Below, piece after piece: positions 14,419 through 21,914 of a stretch of DNA of 21,914 nt (its first letter is position 1; every line of letters begins with the position of its first letter). The position numbers and the translations under genes are program-made. The notes under the pieces are model-generated. The model searched no databases. It worked only from the letters and a program-made list of their open reading frames with translations, and was not told the DNA's origin. The DNA is taken from the NCBI GenBank assembly GCA_039208735.1, contig JBCCQY010000161.1, positions 1-21,914 on the forward strand, in the 5' to 3' direction. The stretch comes from Myxococcota bacterium. GTDB lineage: Bacteria > Myxococcota_A > UBA796 > GCA-2862545.

Positions 14419-17223
14419 TCAGGGAGGTGGGGCGAGTCGACCGTCTGCAGACGCCGCCTGCCGCGCCGCAGGATAGCGCATCCAACCGTGGGTGCCCTCT
14501 TCAAGTACTCCGGCGGGCCAGTAATGTTGATCGAGCTTGAGTGGCTGCACCAGGCGCACGCCATCTCGATCTTCGGTGGTCACCCGCACGGATTCCCGAT
14601 GCTGGCGGCCCGCGATCGTGGCCAGAAAGGCATCCAGGGTCGGGGTGGGACGACCGTCGATCGCCACGATGCGCCGGGTAGGTCGCAGGCCGTGTCGCTC
14701 CGCGGGAGAGCCGTACCACAGCCATGCGACATACACGCCGTCGGCGGCGATGCCCTGCTGCGCTTCCACCTCGTAGTGGGGCTCATGGATGATGAGCCCC
14801 GCCCACGACACGATGCGGTCCACCCCACGGCCCTCGAGCGCCATGGTAGGAACCGTCACCACCTTCTCCTTCGCGTCTCGCAGGATCGTGATGCGAAGTG
14901 ACTCCCGCTGGGACAACGCCTCGAGCTTCTTGGCGTCATCGAGCGGTTCGCCTTCGATGTCGAGGACCAGATCGGTGGGTCGAAGGTCGGCGCGGGCGGG
15001 TGCAGCCCCATGGATGCGTAGGATCTCGTACACAAACCGCTGATCTTGCTTGGCGCCCAGCCGCTGCTTCATCCGCGCGTTGGACAGACCGCGGTCCGCG
15101 GCCTTGGAGAGCGACAAGGGGAGCACCTCAATGCCGAGCGTACGGTACACCGGTTCCCGGCCCTCCAAGAGGGGGTCCAGCACGGGGTGCAGGAACTCGA
15201 CGGGCATGCCGTAAAACCCTCGATCATTGTCGGCCTGATCTACAAAGCTCGCCCACAACGCCCGCATTTGGCCTCGGCGGTCCACGATGACCCCGCCGTA
15301 CGACTCCGTCGTCTCTTCCAACCACAGCCCGTCCAGATTGGCGTCACGAAAGCGTGGAGTCGACGAGGCCTGCAGATGGAGGTGATCGCGATCTTCGATC
15401 GTGGTCTTTTGGCTGACCACTTCGTTGTTCCCATCGAGCCCGACCAACCACACGGTGTCGTCTTCTTCAGGGCCTTCACGAGCCAGCGGAACGGCTTGCA
15501 CTTCGATGCCCGCGACATGAGCCGGGTCGTACTCCACGACGGCAATGTTGTGGACGGGATGGAGGTAGCGGACCCGGCCCGGCACCCGGTGAGCGCCGCC
15601 AAACGTGATCTGGAGCTGGCCAAGACGAACCGGAACGGTGTCGCGATCCACCAGAACCAACCCACGGTCGACGTCGATGACCGTTCCCACCCCACGGAAG
15701 TTCGTGTCCTTGACGCCGGCGGTGGGATGCGGGACATCAAAGTCCACCATCACGAGCCCTCGAGCGACCTTTCGGGCCACGCGTTCCTCGTTGTCGACCG
15801 GCCACAACGTGGTGTTCTTCACGGTCGAGGTCGCCGGCGGCGGGGGCGCATCGACGCAGTCCCACAGGCCACTTGCGTCGCTACGCGAACACCGACGCAT
15901 GGGGTTCCACCGGCGATCCATCACCATGACGGTTTCGTAGGGCTGTTTCTCGTCGTCCACGAGGTAAAACCGAACGCGCATCCGCTGGCCATCCGCCTTG
16001 GTCTGCAGTTCGGCCTGCAGACGGTCCAGGTCGGGCGTTGTCACCCCGTCGATGTGGGTCACGACCGAACCTTCGGGCACATCCCCCGCTGACCACATGT
16101 GTCCGGCGACGGCCAGGTACACGCCCGCCACAGGAATGTGGTGGTTGCGGGCTAGGTGGTAGGACAGCGGGTTCAGGATGCCTCGACCCACTTCAAGGTA
16201 GGTGTCGGGCGTGATCGCATGGAGGTCTTGCACCGTGGCTTCGACGGTACGCTCCTCTCCGTCCCGCACGATGCTGATGGACACGGTGTCGCCGACGTGG
16301 CTGTCGAGAAAGGACTCGAGGCCGACAAAGTCGTCGATGGGTCGATCATCGAGCGAAATGAGGATGTCGCCCGGACGAAGGACCTTGGCGGCCGGTCCTT
16401 CGGGGACCACTTCCTCGACCTTCAACATGCCGCGCGACTGGGCCCGCGCCCGGAAGCGGGCCTCGATGGGATTTGGCAGGCCCAACAGCGCAAGTTCGTC
16501 GAAGGGCTCCAACCCAAACACCGTCTGGAGCGTGCCTCGTTCGATAGGCAGGCCGCGCTGCAACTTGTCGAGAGCGGGTGCAATGCGATCCAGCGGCAGG
16601 TAGAAGCTCGAAGCGGCGGAAAGGCTGCTTCCCGCGTTGAGGGCAAGCACTCGACCTCGGGCGTCGATCACCGGCGAGCCTGATGAACCGCCCGACGTGT
16701 TTGACGCCGCTTGGATGTAAAACGTGTTGAAGTCGTTGAAGCTGTCACTTCCGTAGACGGGAGCGGCCCGATCGACCCGCGCGAGCGTCCCATCGAGGAT
16801 GGAGATTTTCTCTCCCGCGTTGTTGCCAATGACGCGAATGTCGGTGCCAACCTGGGCCGCTTCGGGAGCCAACGGCAAAGCTACAAGTGGTGTGTGCTTC
16901 ACCTGCCCGGGATCGAACGCGTAAAAGCCAAAGTCGTGCACCGGGTCGCGGTAGAGCGGCCGCAGGTCTACCCGTTCATCTTCGAGGAACACCGCTTCGG
17001 CAATCACGGGTCCCGCGTGAACCATGTGTCGATTCGTGAGCAGGATGCCCTTCTTGGCGTCGACCACAAAGGCCGTACCTTGGCTGACGCCAGCATCTTC
17101 GGTATCGAAGTCGCGTGTGGCCGTGACCTGGACGGAAACCACAGCATTCTGGACACGCTTCAGGGTCGTTTGCCACGAGGGGGCGGCCAGCCCAATGCCG
17201 GCAAGGAGCAGTGCGAGAGTCAT
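14419..17223 (-). CDS. Nma111/Ynm3/Deg7-type HtrA serine protease (two trypsin-like domains plus multiple PDZ), with signal peptide
   Basis: Triad motifs LTNRHMV, YRDPVHDFG, TSGGSSGSPV; GEKISIL.GTLARVDR.AP.Y...FNDFNTFYIQAAS. Second degenerate protease domain (LVDRDTVP, HPVHNIA). PDZ motifs GPAAKVLRPGDIL, APARADLRPTDLVL, GSPAERHGL. Start ATG 17223 (alternative TTG 17241). Confidence 0.9.
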   Translation of the reverse strand: MTLALLLAGIGLAAPSWQTTLKRVQNAVVSVQVTATRDFDTEDAGVSQGTAFVVDAKKGILLTNRHMVHAGPVIAEAVFLEDERVDLRPLYRDPVHDFGFYAFDPGQVKHTPLVALPLAPEAAQVGTDIRVIGNNAGEKISILDGTLARVDRAAPVYGSDSFNDFNTFYIQAASNTSGGSSGSPVIDARGRVLALNAGSSLSAASSFYLPLDRIAPALDKLQRGLPIERGTLQTVFGLEPFDELALLGLPNPIEARFRARAQSRGMLKVEEVVPEGPAAKVLRPGDILISLDDRPIDDFVGLESFLDSHVGDTVSISIVRDGEERTVEATVQDLHAITPDTYLEVGRGILNPLSYHLARNHHIPVAGVYLAVAGHMWSAGDVPEGSVVTHIDGVTTPDLDRLQAELQTKADGQRMRVRFYLVDDEKQPYETVMVMDRRWNPMRRCSRSDASGLWDCVDAPPPPATSTVKNTTLWPVDNEERVARKVARGLVMVDFDVPHPTAGVKDTNFRGVGTVIDVDRGLVLVDRDTVPVRLGQLQITFGGAHRVPGRVRYLHPVHNIAVVEYDPAHVAGIEVQAVPLAREGPEEDDTVWLVGLDGNNEVVSQKTTIEDRDHLHLQASSTPRFRDANLDGLWLEETTESYGGVIVDRRGQMRALWASFVDQADNDRGFYGMPVEFLHPVLDPLLEGREPVYRTLGIEVLPLSLSKAADRGLSNARMKQRLGAKQDQRFVYEILRIHGAAPARADLRPTDLVLDIEGEPLDDAKKLEALSQRESLRITILRDAKEKVVTVPTMALEGRGVDRIVSWAGLIIHEPHYEVEAQQGIAADGVYVAWLWYGSPAERHGLRPTRRIVAIDGRPTPTLDAFLATIAGRQHRESVRVTTEDRDGVRLVQPLKLDQHYWPAGVLEEGTHGWMRYPAARQAASADGRLAPPP

Positions 17224-17278
17224 GGGGCCGCCGTATGCCAATCCTTGGCCGTCCGCTTCCCCAAGCCGCCCAAGGAGC

Positions 17279-18385
17279 CTACTTGGGGGCGGGATCGATA
17301 CGGACGTTGACCGTCAACTGGGCGGCCACGGGCTGACCATCGGCGGTGGCCGGGGTCCATCGCCAGCGTTTGAGCGCACGGGTCGTATCCGCGATGAGCG
17401 TATCGGGGCATTGCAAAGGGGTAATGCCTCCCGGCTTGCCTTTGTCATTGACCCACACGTCGAACCGACAGACCACACGTTCGCGAAGCGAGGCCTGGGC
17501 TTGTTTGGAGAGCTTCGGAGGGGGCCCCCGCAACGGTTTGGGAAGGGTGTCGGTCACTTCAGCGCGGGAGAGCTTGACCGAGTCCTGCTCCACGAACGTC
17601 ATGGATCCCGGCCCGAACACTTGTACATTGCCTGTCCGAAGGGTCGCCGGACGGAAGAACCGAGACCTGAACCGAACCACGCGGTAGGGCACTGCGCGGT
17701 GGAAGTACTCTCCGTACGTCCATTTCTCGAACGCCTGAAGGGTGGGTGCGACGAACACGGGATCGCAGCTCGTGACCTCGATGCGCTCGGGAGCTCCGTA
17801 CGGATCAATCTCGACCCGCACATCGCAATCGGGACGTCGCGTGTCGTTCGGCGCACGTTGCGTAGGGTAGACCGGGAACTTGATGGTGACCGGTCGAACG
17901 GCAAACGTGAAGATGCCGCGGTCGTTGACCACAAAGCGGGTCGCGGCCTGGGGCACCACGTAAAGGTCGGCCCGCGGGTTTGTCAGCGTGCCTTCACGGC
18001 CAAATACATAGATCAGTTCGCCAATCACCCGGTCGGCGCCGATGGGACCGTCCGTTTCGACGACCCACTGGTTTAGGGACCGCTCAATCGCGATTTGGGC
18101 CAAAGGATGGCAGCTCTCGACGACCTTTGGGACAAACGCCCCGTCCTGGATTTCGAGGGTGACCGGACATGCCCGGAGCCGACCTGAGAGGGCGGCGTCG
18201 GCCTGGGGTGGCGCGGCCTGTTCGAGGATCACCGAGACCTTAAGGCCGCCGTTCCTAACCTCGAATCCTCGGCGAATCGTCTCCCTTTCTCCGCGTTTCG
18301 CCGGCTCCTCGATCGCGCCCGGGACGTTGGTCGATACGTCGGGACTGGCGGAGGCGATCCTGCCGATCAGGGCAACGATTACCAT
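17279..18385 (-). CDS. Exported protein with three tandem TonB C-terminal-like domains
   Basis: Three repeats of C.V...I/V...G.......C...........L/F..W; the last ends WRWTPA..DGQPVAAQLTVNVRI, as in TonB_C. ATG 18385 with GGAGGAG. Confidence 0.65.
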   Translation of the reverse strand: MVIVALIGRIASASPDVSTNVPGAIEEPAKRGERETIRRGFEVRNGGLKVSVILEQAAPPQADAALSGRLRACPVTLEIQDGAFVPKVVESCHPLAQIAIERSLNQWVVETDGPIGADRVIGELIYVFGREGTLTNPRADLYVVPQAATRFVVNDRGIFTFAVRPVTIKFPVYPTQRAPNDTRRPDCDVRVEIDPYGAPERIEVTSCDPVFVAPTLQAFEKWTYGEYFHRAVPYRVVRFRSRFFRPATLRTGNVQVFGPGSMTFVEQDSVKLSRAEVTDTLPKPLRGPPPKLSKQAQASLRERVVCRFDVWVNDKGKPGGITPLQCPDTLIADTTRALKRWRWTPATADGQPVAAQLTVNVRIDPAPK

Positions 18386-18445
18386 GTCTCCTCCGGGTGG
18401 GTCCGCACCCACGTGAAGCTTGACTCTGGGAAGTGAGGAAGGTCA

Positions 18446-20833
18446 ATGAAGGAGTTCACACGCGTCGCCGTACTCGGCGCGGGCGTGATGGGTACGGGAA
18501 TTGCGTGCCATCTCGCCAATGCTGGCGTCGAGTCGCTGCTTTACGACATCGTGCCAAACGATGCAGGCGACAATCCGGCTGCCCGATCCAAACTTGCGAG
18601 TCAGGCGATCGTTGCGGCCACGAAGGCCAAGCCCGCTCCGTTGTTTCGAAAGTCCGACGCGTCACTGATCACAGCGTGCAACTACGACGATCATGCGGAT
18701 CTTCTGAAGACTTGCGATTGGATCGTCGAGGTGGTGGTCGAGCGCCTCGACATCAAGCAACATGTGTACCGCTGGGTGGCCGAAAATCGAGCACCAGGCA
18801 GCATCGTGAGCAGCAACACCTCGGGCATTCCGCTGGCGGACATGGCCGCCCAGATGCCAGAGGAGCTGCGCCGGAACTTCCTCATCACCCACTTCTTCAA
18901 CCCGGTTCGCTACATGCGGCTGCTCGAGATTGTCCAGGGTCCCGATACCGACCCGGCAATTGCGCAACGCATGGCTGATTTTGGCGATCGGGTGCTCGGC
19001 AAGGGCATCGTGTGGTGCAAGGACACACCGAACTTCGTGGCCAATCGCATCGGCACCTACGCGATGGCCAGCGTGTTCCGGCACATGGCCGAATCGGGAC
19101 TCACGGTCGAACAGGTCGACGCAGTGTTTGGGCAGGCCATGGCCCGTCCCAAGTCGGCCGTGTTCCGGACCGCCGACATCGTGGGCCTCGACACGTTCAA
19201 GCACGTGCTCTCGAACCTGCATGAGGCCGTCACCACCGATGACGAGCGCGACATCTTCGTGGTCCCGCCGATGCTGGAGCGCATGGTCGCCGAGGGCAAG
19301 ACCGGCGAGAAGGCGGGCCAGGGCTTCTACAAGAAGGTCAAGCAGGACGGCAAGTCCGCCATTCTGTCGCTCGACATGAACACCTTCGAGTACACCCCGC
19401 AGGAGAAACCTCGGTATCCCTCGACGGGTGCCGCCCTCAAGGCGTCAAAAAAAGGCACCCCGGCCGATGGGTTGCCACACGCCGTTTATGGCGACGACGA
19501 AGGCGCAAAGGCGGCGTGGCGCGTTTCGGCCGACACCTTGCTCTACACGACCAAGCGCATTCCTGAAATCGCGGACGACATCGTCAACATCGACCGAGCG
19601 ATGCGCTGGGGCTTCGGTTGGGACCTCGGCCCCTTCGAGATGTGGGACGCCATCGGCGTTCAGAAGAGCGTCGAGAAGATGCAGGCCGAGGGCCGAGCCG
19701 TGCCCACCATGGTTTCCGACATGCTGGCGAAGGGGCGTGCCTCGTTCTACGACCGCGATGGCTCGGGTAGCCCTACCTTCTGGAAGGGCCAGAGCGAGTC
19801 CATGCCGGTGCCCGAAGGCCAGCTCTTCCTCGCTGACGTCATCGCCAAGGGCGGCGAGATCGAATCGAACGGCGGCGCTGCGCTCCTCGATCTCGGGGAC
19901 GGGATTCTCGGCCTGCAGTTCCGCAACGACCAGTTCCTCAACGCGCTGAACCAGGACATCATCGCGATGTACGGCAAGGCGCTGGACCGGCTCGAGAACG
20001 GTGCGTTCGATGCGCTCGTGGTGGCCAATCAGCACAGCCGGGCGTTCTCGGCCGGCGCGGACCTCGGTGGCATTGCCATGGCCATCGGCATGGGGGCCTG
20101 GGACCAGCTTGAACAGAACATCAAGCACCTGCAGGACTTGGTCATGCGGGCGAAGTACCATGCGCGCCCCATCGTCACCGCGCCGCACGGAATGACGCTC
20201 GGCGGTGGCTGCGAGGTCGCGATGCACTCGGCCATGACGGTGGCCGCGGGCGAGACCTACATGGGTCTGGTCGAGGCGGGAATGGGCCTGTTGCCTGGCG
20301 CGGGTGGCTGCAAGGAACTCGTCATGCGCTATCTCGGCGACTTCCCGCAGGACATCGAGTACGACCCGAACCCCTTTGTGCAGAAGGCCTTCGATCGCAT
20401 CGGCAATGCACGGCCGGCCGAGGGGGCTGGGCAGTGTAAGGACCAGGGCTTCCTGCGTCCCACCGACCGCATCACGATGAACATCGACCGGTTGGTGTTC
20501 GACGCCAAACAGGCAGCGATGGGCCTCGCGAAGTCGGGCTACGTCCCGCCGTCACGGCGCACGGCCAAGTTGCCCGGCCCCACCGGAACCGCCGCCATCG
20601 AACTGTTCCTCTTCCAGATGGTCGAAGGGGGGTTCATCTCGCAGCATGACGCACTGGTGGGCAAGCGCATCGCCAACGTCCTGGCGGGTGGCGACATTCC
20701 CTGGGGCACCGTACGGACTGAGCAGGACCTGCTCGATCTGGAACGCGAAGCCTTCCTCTCGCTCGCCGGCGAAGAGAAGACGAAGGAGCGCATCATGCAC
20801 TTCGTTCAGACCGGCAAGATCCTCCGTAACTAA
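18446..20833 (+). CDS. fadN: 3-hydroxyacyl-CoA dehydrogenase / enoyl-CoA hydratase (FadN-type)
   Basis: GAGVMG.GIA Rossmann motif, E.VVERLDIK, SSNTSG, HFFNPVRYM, DTPNFVANRIG. C-terminal crotonase FSAGADL, LGGGCE, MGLVE.G.GLLP. Confidence 0.93.
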   Translation: MKEFTRVAVLGAGVMGTGIACHLANAGVESLLYDIVPNDAGDNPAARSKLASQAIVAATKAKPAPLFRKSDASLITACNYDDHADLLKTCDWIVEVVVERLDIKQHVYRWVAENRAPGSIVSSNTSGIPLADMAAQMPEELRRNFLITHFFNPVRYMRLLEIVQGPDTDPAIAQRMADFGDRVLGKGIVWCKDTPNFVANRIGTYAMASVFRHMAESGLTVEQVDAVFGQAMARPKSAVFRTADIVGLDTFKHVLSNLHEAVTTDDERDIFVVPPMLERMVAEGKTGEKAGQGFYKKVKQDGKSAILSLDMNTFEYTPQEKPRYPSTGAALKASKKGTPADGLPHAVYGDDEGAKAAWRVSADTLLYTTKRIPEIADDIVNIDRAMRWGFGWDLGPFEMWDAIGVQKSVEKMQAEGRAVPTMVSDMLAKGRASFYDRDGSGSPTFWKGQSESMPVPEGQLFLADVIAKGGEIESNGGAALLDLGDGILGLQFRNDQFLNALNQDIIAMYGKALDRLENGAFDALVVANQHSRAFSAGADLGGIAMAIGMGAWDQLEQNIKHLQDLVMRAKYHARPIVTAPHGMTLGGGCEVAMHSAMTVAAGETYMGLVEAGMGLLPGAGGCKELVMRYLGDFPQDIEYDPNPFVQKAFDRIGNARPAEGAGQCKDQGFLRPTDRITMNIDRLVFDAKQAAMGLAKSGYVPPSRRTAKLPGPTGTAAIELFLFQMVEGGFISQHDALVGKRIANVLAGGDIPWGTVRTEQDLLDLEREAFLSLAGEEKTKERIMHFVQTGKILRN

Positions 20834-20847
20834 CCAAGGACCGACAC

Positions 20848-21773
20848 ATGCGTGAAGTAGCCGTGGTGTCTGCCGTGCGTACGCCGGTGGGCAAGGCCAA
20901 GCGAGGCGTGTTCAAGGACACGCGTCCCGACGATTTGTTGGCGGCCGCTCTCTCGGCAGCCGTCGAGCGGTCCGGGGTCGATCCGGCCAAGGTCGATGAT
21001 GTCGTGGTCGGAACCGCGATGCCGGAAGCCGAACAGGGCATGAACGTCGCCCGGATTGGCGCGTTCATGGCGGGCGTGCCCGATGATGTGCCCGCGCTGA
21101 CCATCAACCGATTCTGCAGCTCGGGCCTGCAGTCGCTCGCCCAAGGTGCGGCCTCGATCATTGCCGGCTGGCAAGACGTGGTGCTCGCCGGCGGGGTCGA
21201 GTCGATGACCCTCATCGACATGGGGGGCGAAAAGCCAGCCCCCAATCCGAAGCTCCTCGAAGAGCGCCCCGGGGCCTACACCCCGATGGGCATCACCGCC
21301 GAGAACGTGGCCAACCGCTTCGAAGTCTCGCGCGAGGCCCAGGACCAGTTTGCCGCCACGTCGCAGCAGCGCGCGATTGCGGCGATTGAACAAGGAAAGT
21401 TCAAAGACGAAATCGTGCCTGTTCAGACCCGCATCTTCAAAGACGGGACCTGGCACGACATCACCGTCGATACCGACGAAGGACCCCGTGCCTCGACCGT
21501 CGAAGGGCTCGGCAAGCTTCGCCCAGCCTTCAAGGCGGGTGGCTCCGTGACCGCAGGCAACTCCTCGCAGATGTCGGACGGCGCGGCGGCGGTGATCATC
21601 GCGGGCAAGGACGTGGCCGAACAGAACGGCTGGCCCATCCTCGCGTTGCTCAAGTCGTACCAGGTGGTCGGTGTCGACCCCGAAATCATGGGCATTGGAC
21701 CTGCGCGCGCGATTCCGAAGGCGTTGGAAGCGGCGGGTCTCAAGATCGAAGACGTCGGTCTGTTCGAGATCAA
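20848..21773 (+). pseudogene. fadA: Acetyl-CoA C-acyltransferase (thiolase), truncated by an insertion
   Basis: RTPVGKA, INRFCSSG (catalytic Cys), GGVESM, VTAGNSSQMSDGAAA, MGIGP. Homology stops at FEI immediately before the NEAF motif; the GHP His and CxGGG Cys are missing; a stop follows at 21784-21786. Confidence 0.88.
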
Positions 21774-21810
21774 GGGGTACCGATAGAGTTCGTGAAATTT
21801 GTACGGTTAG
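21774..21810. mobile_element. Tn3-family terminal inverted repeat (37 bp)
   Basis: GGGGTACCGATAGAGTTCGTGAAATTTGTACGGTTAG starts exactly at the thiolase breakpoint. The GGGG start and ...GTACG.T.AG end resemble the roughly 38-bp Tn3-family IR pattern (GGGG...ACGyTAAG). Confidence 0.8.
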
Positions 21811-21825
21811 TGGGTTGCGCGCAAT

Positions 21826-21914
21826 CTAAGCCGCCGCCGTACGAGCCGTTGATGTGCCTTCTTCTTCGTCATCGAAGCGGTAGACTCCGTTGACCACGAC
21901 ATGGGCATGGGCCA
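21826..21914 (-). CDS. tnpA: 3' end of a Tn3-family transposase (partial)
   Basis: Minus strand reads AHAHVVVNGVYRFDDEEEGTSTARTAAA*, resembling the Tn3 TnpA C-terminal H(I/V)xxxGxYxF motif, and ends 15 nt from the IR. Confidence 0.72.
   Translation of the reverse strand, partial: AHAHVVVNGVYRFDDEEEGTSTARTAAA

Noticed and set aside
15046..18076. Long plus-strand ORFs 15046-16092 and 17024-18076
   Set aside because: Antisense shadows of the protease and TonB-like genes; no recognisable motifs.
21815..21824. Palindrome TTGCGCGCAA between the IR and the tnpA stop
   Set aside because: Only 10 bp with no loop or U-tract; no function can be assigned.
1..21914. CRISPR array, tRNA, rRNA or a known anti-phage defence operon
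   Set aside because: No spaced repeats or structural RNA signatures seen; intergenic gaps are all under about 120 nt; no nuclease or defence-effector motifs recognised.

Overview
GC-rich bacterial chromosomal window, most consistent with a Myxococcota/deltaproteobacterial genome (an inference from gene content). It holds about 20 densely packed genes: a partial hypothetical protein with an intrinsic terminator; an orphan Hsp70 whose helical lid is replaced by a vWA domain; YceF-type Maf plus family-4 uracil-DNA glycosylase; an ABC exporter; an M17 aminopeptidase resembling eukaryotic NPEPL1; an SRPBCC protein divergent from a small membrane ORF plus TetR, with a palindromic operator between them; GH113 plus NUDIX; a metallophosphoesterase; an ECF sigma/anti-sigma triad; a minus-strand run (triple TonB-C-like protein, Nma111/Deg7-like double HtrA protease, SixA, DUF924); and a fadN-fadA beta-oxidation pair. 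The thiolase is cut just before its NEAF motif by what looks like a Tn3-family transposon end (37-bp GGGG inverted repeat plus the 3' tip of tnpA) at the right edge. Most notable: the Hsp70-vWA fusion, two eukaryote-type peptidases, the Tn3 insertion, and recurrent ultra-short signal peptides with no basic n-region. All family calls come from motif recognition and recall, not from database searches.
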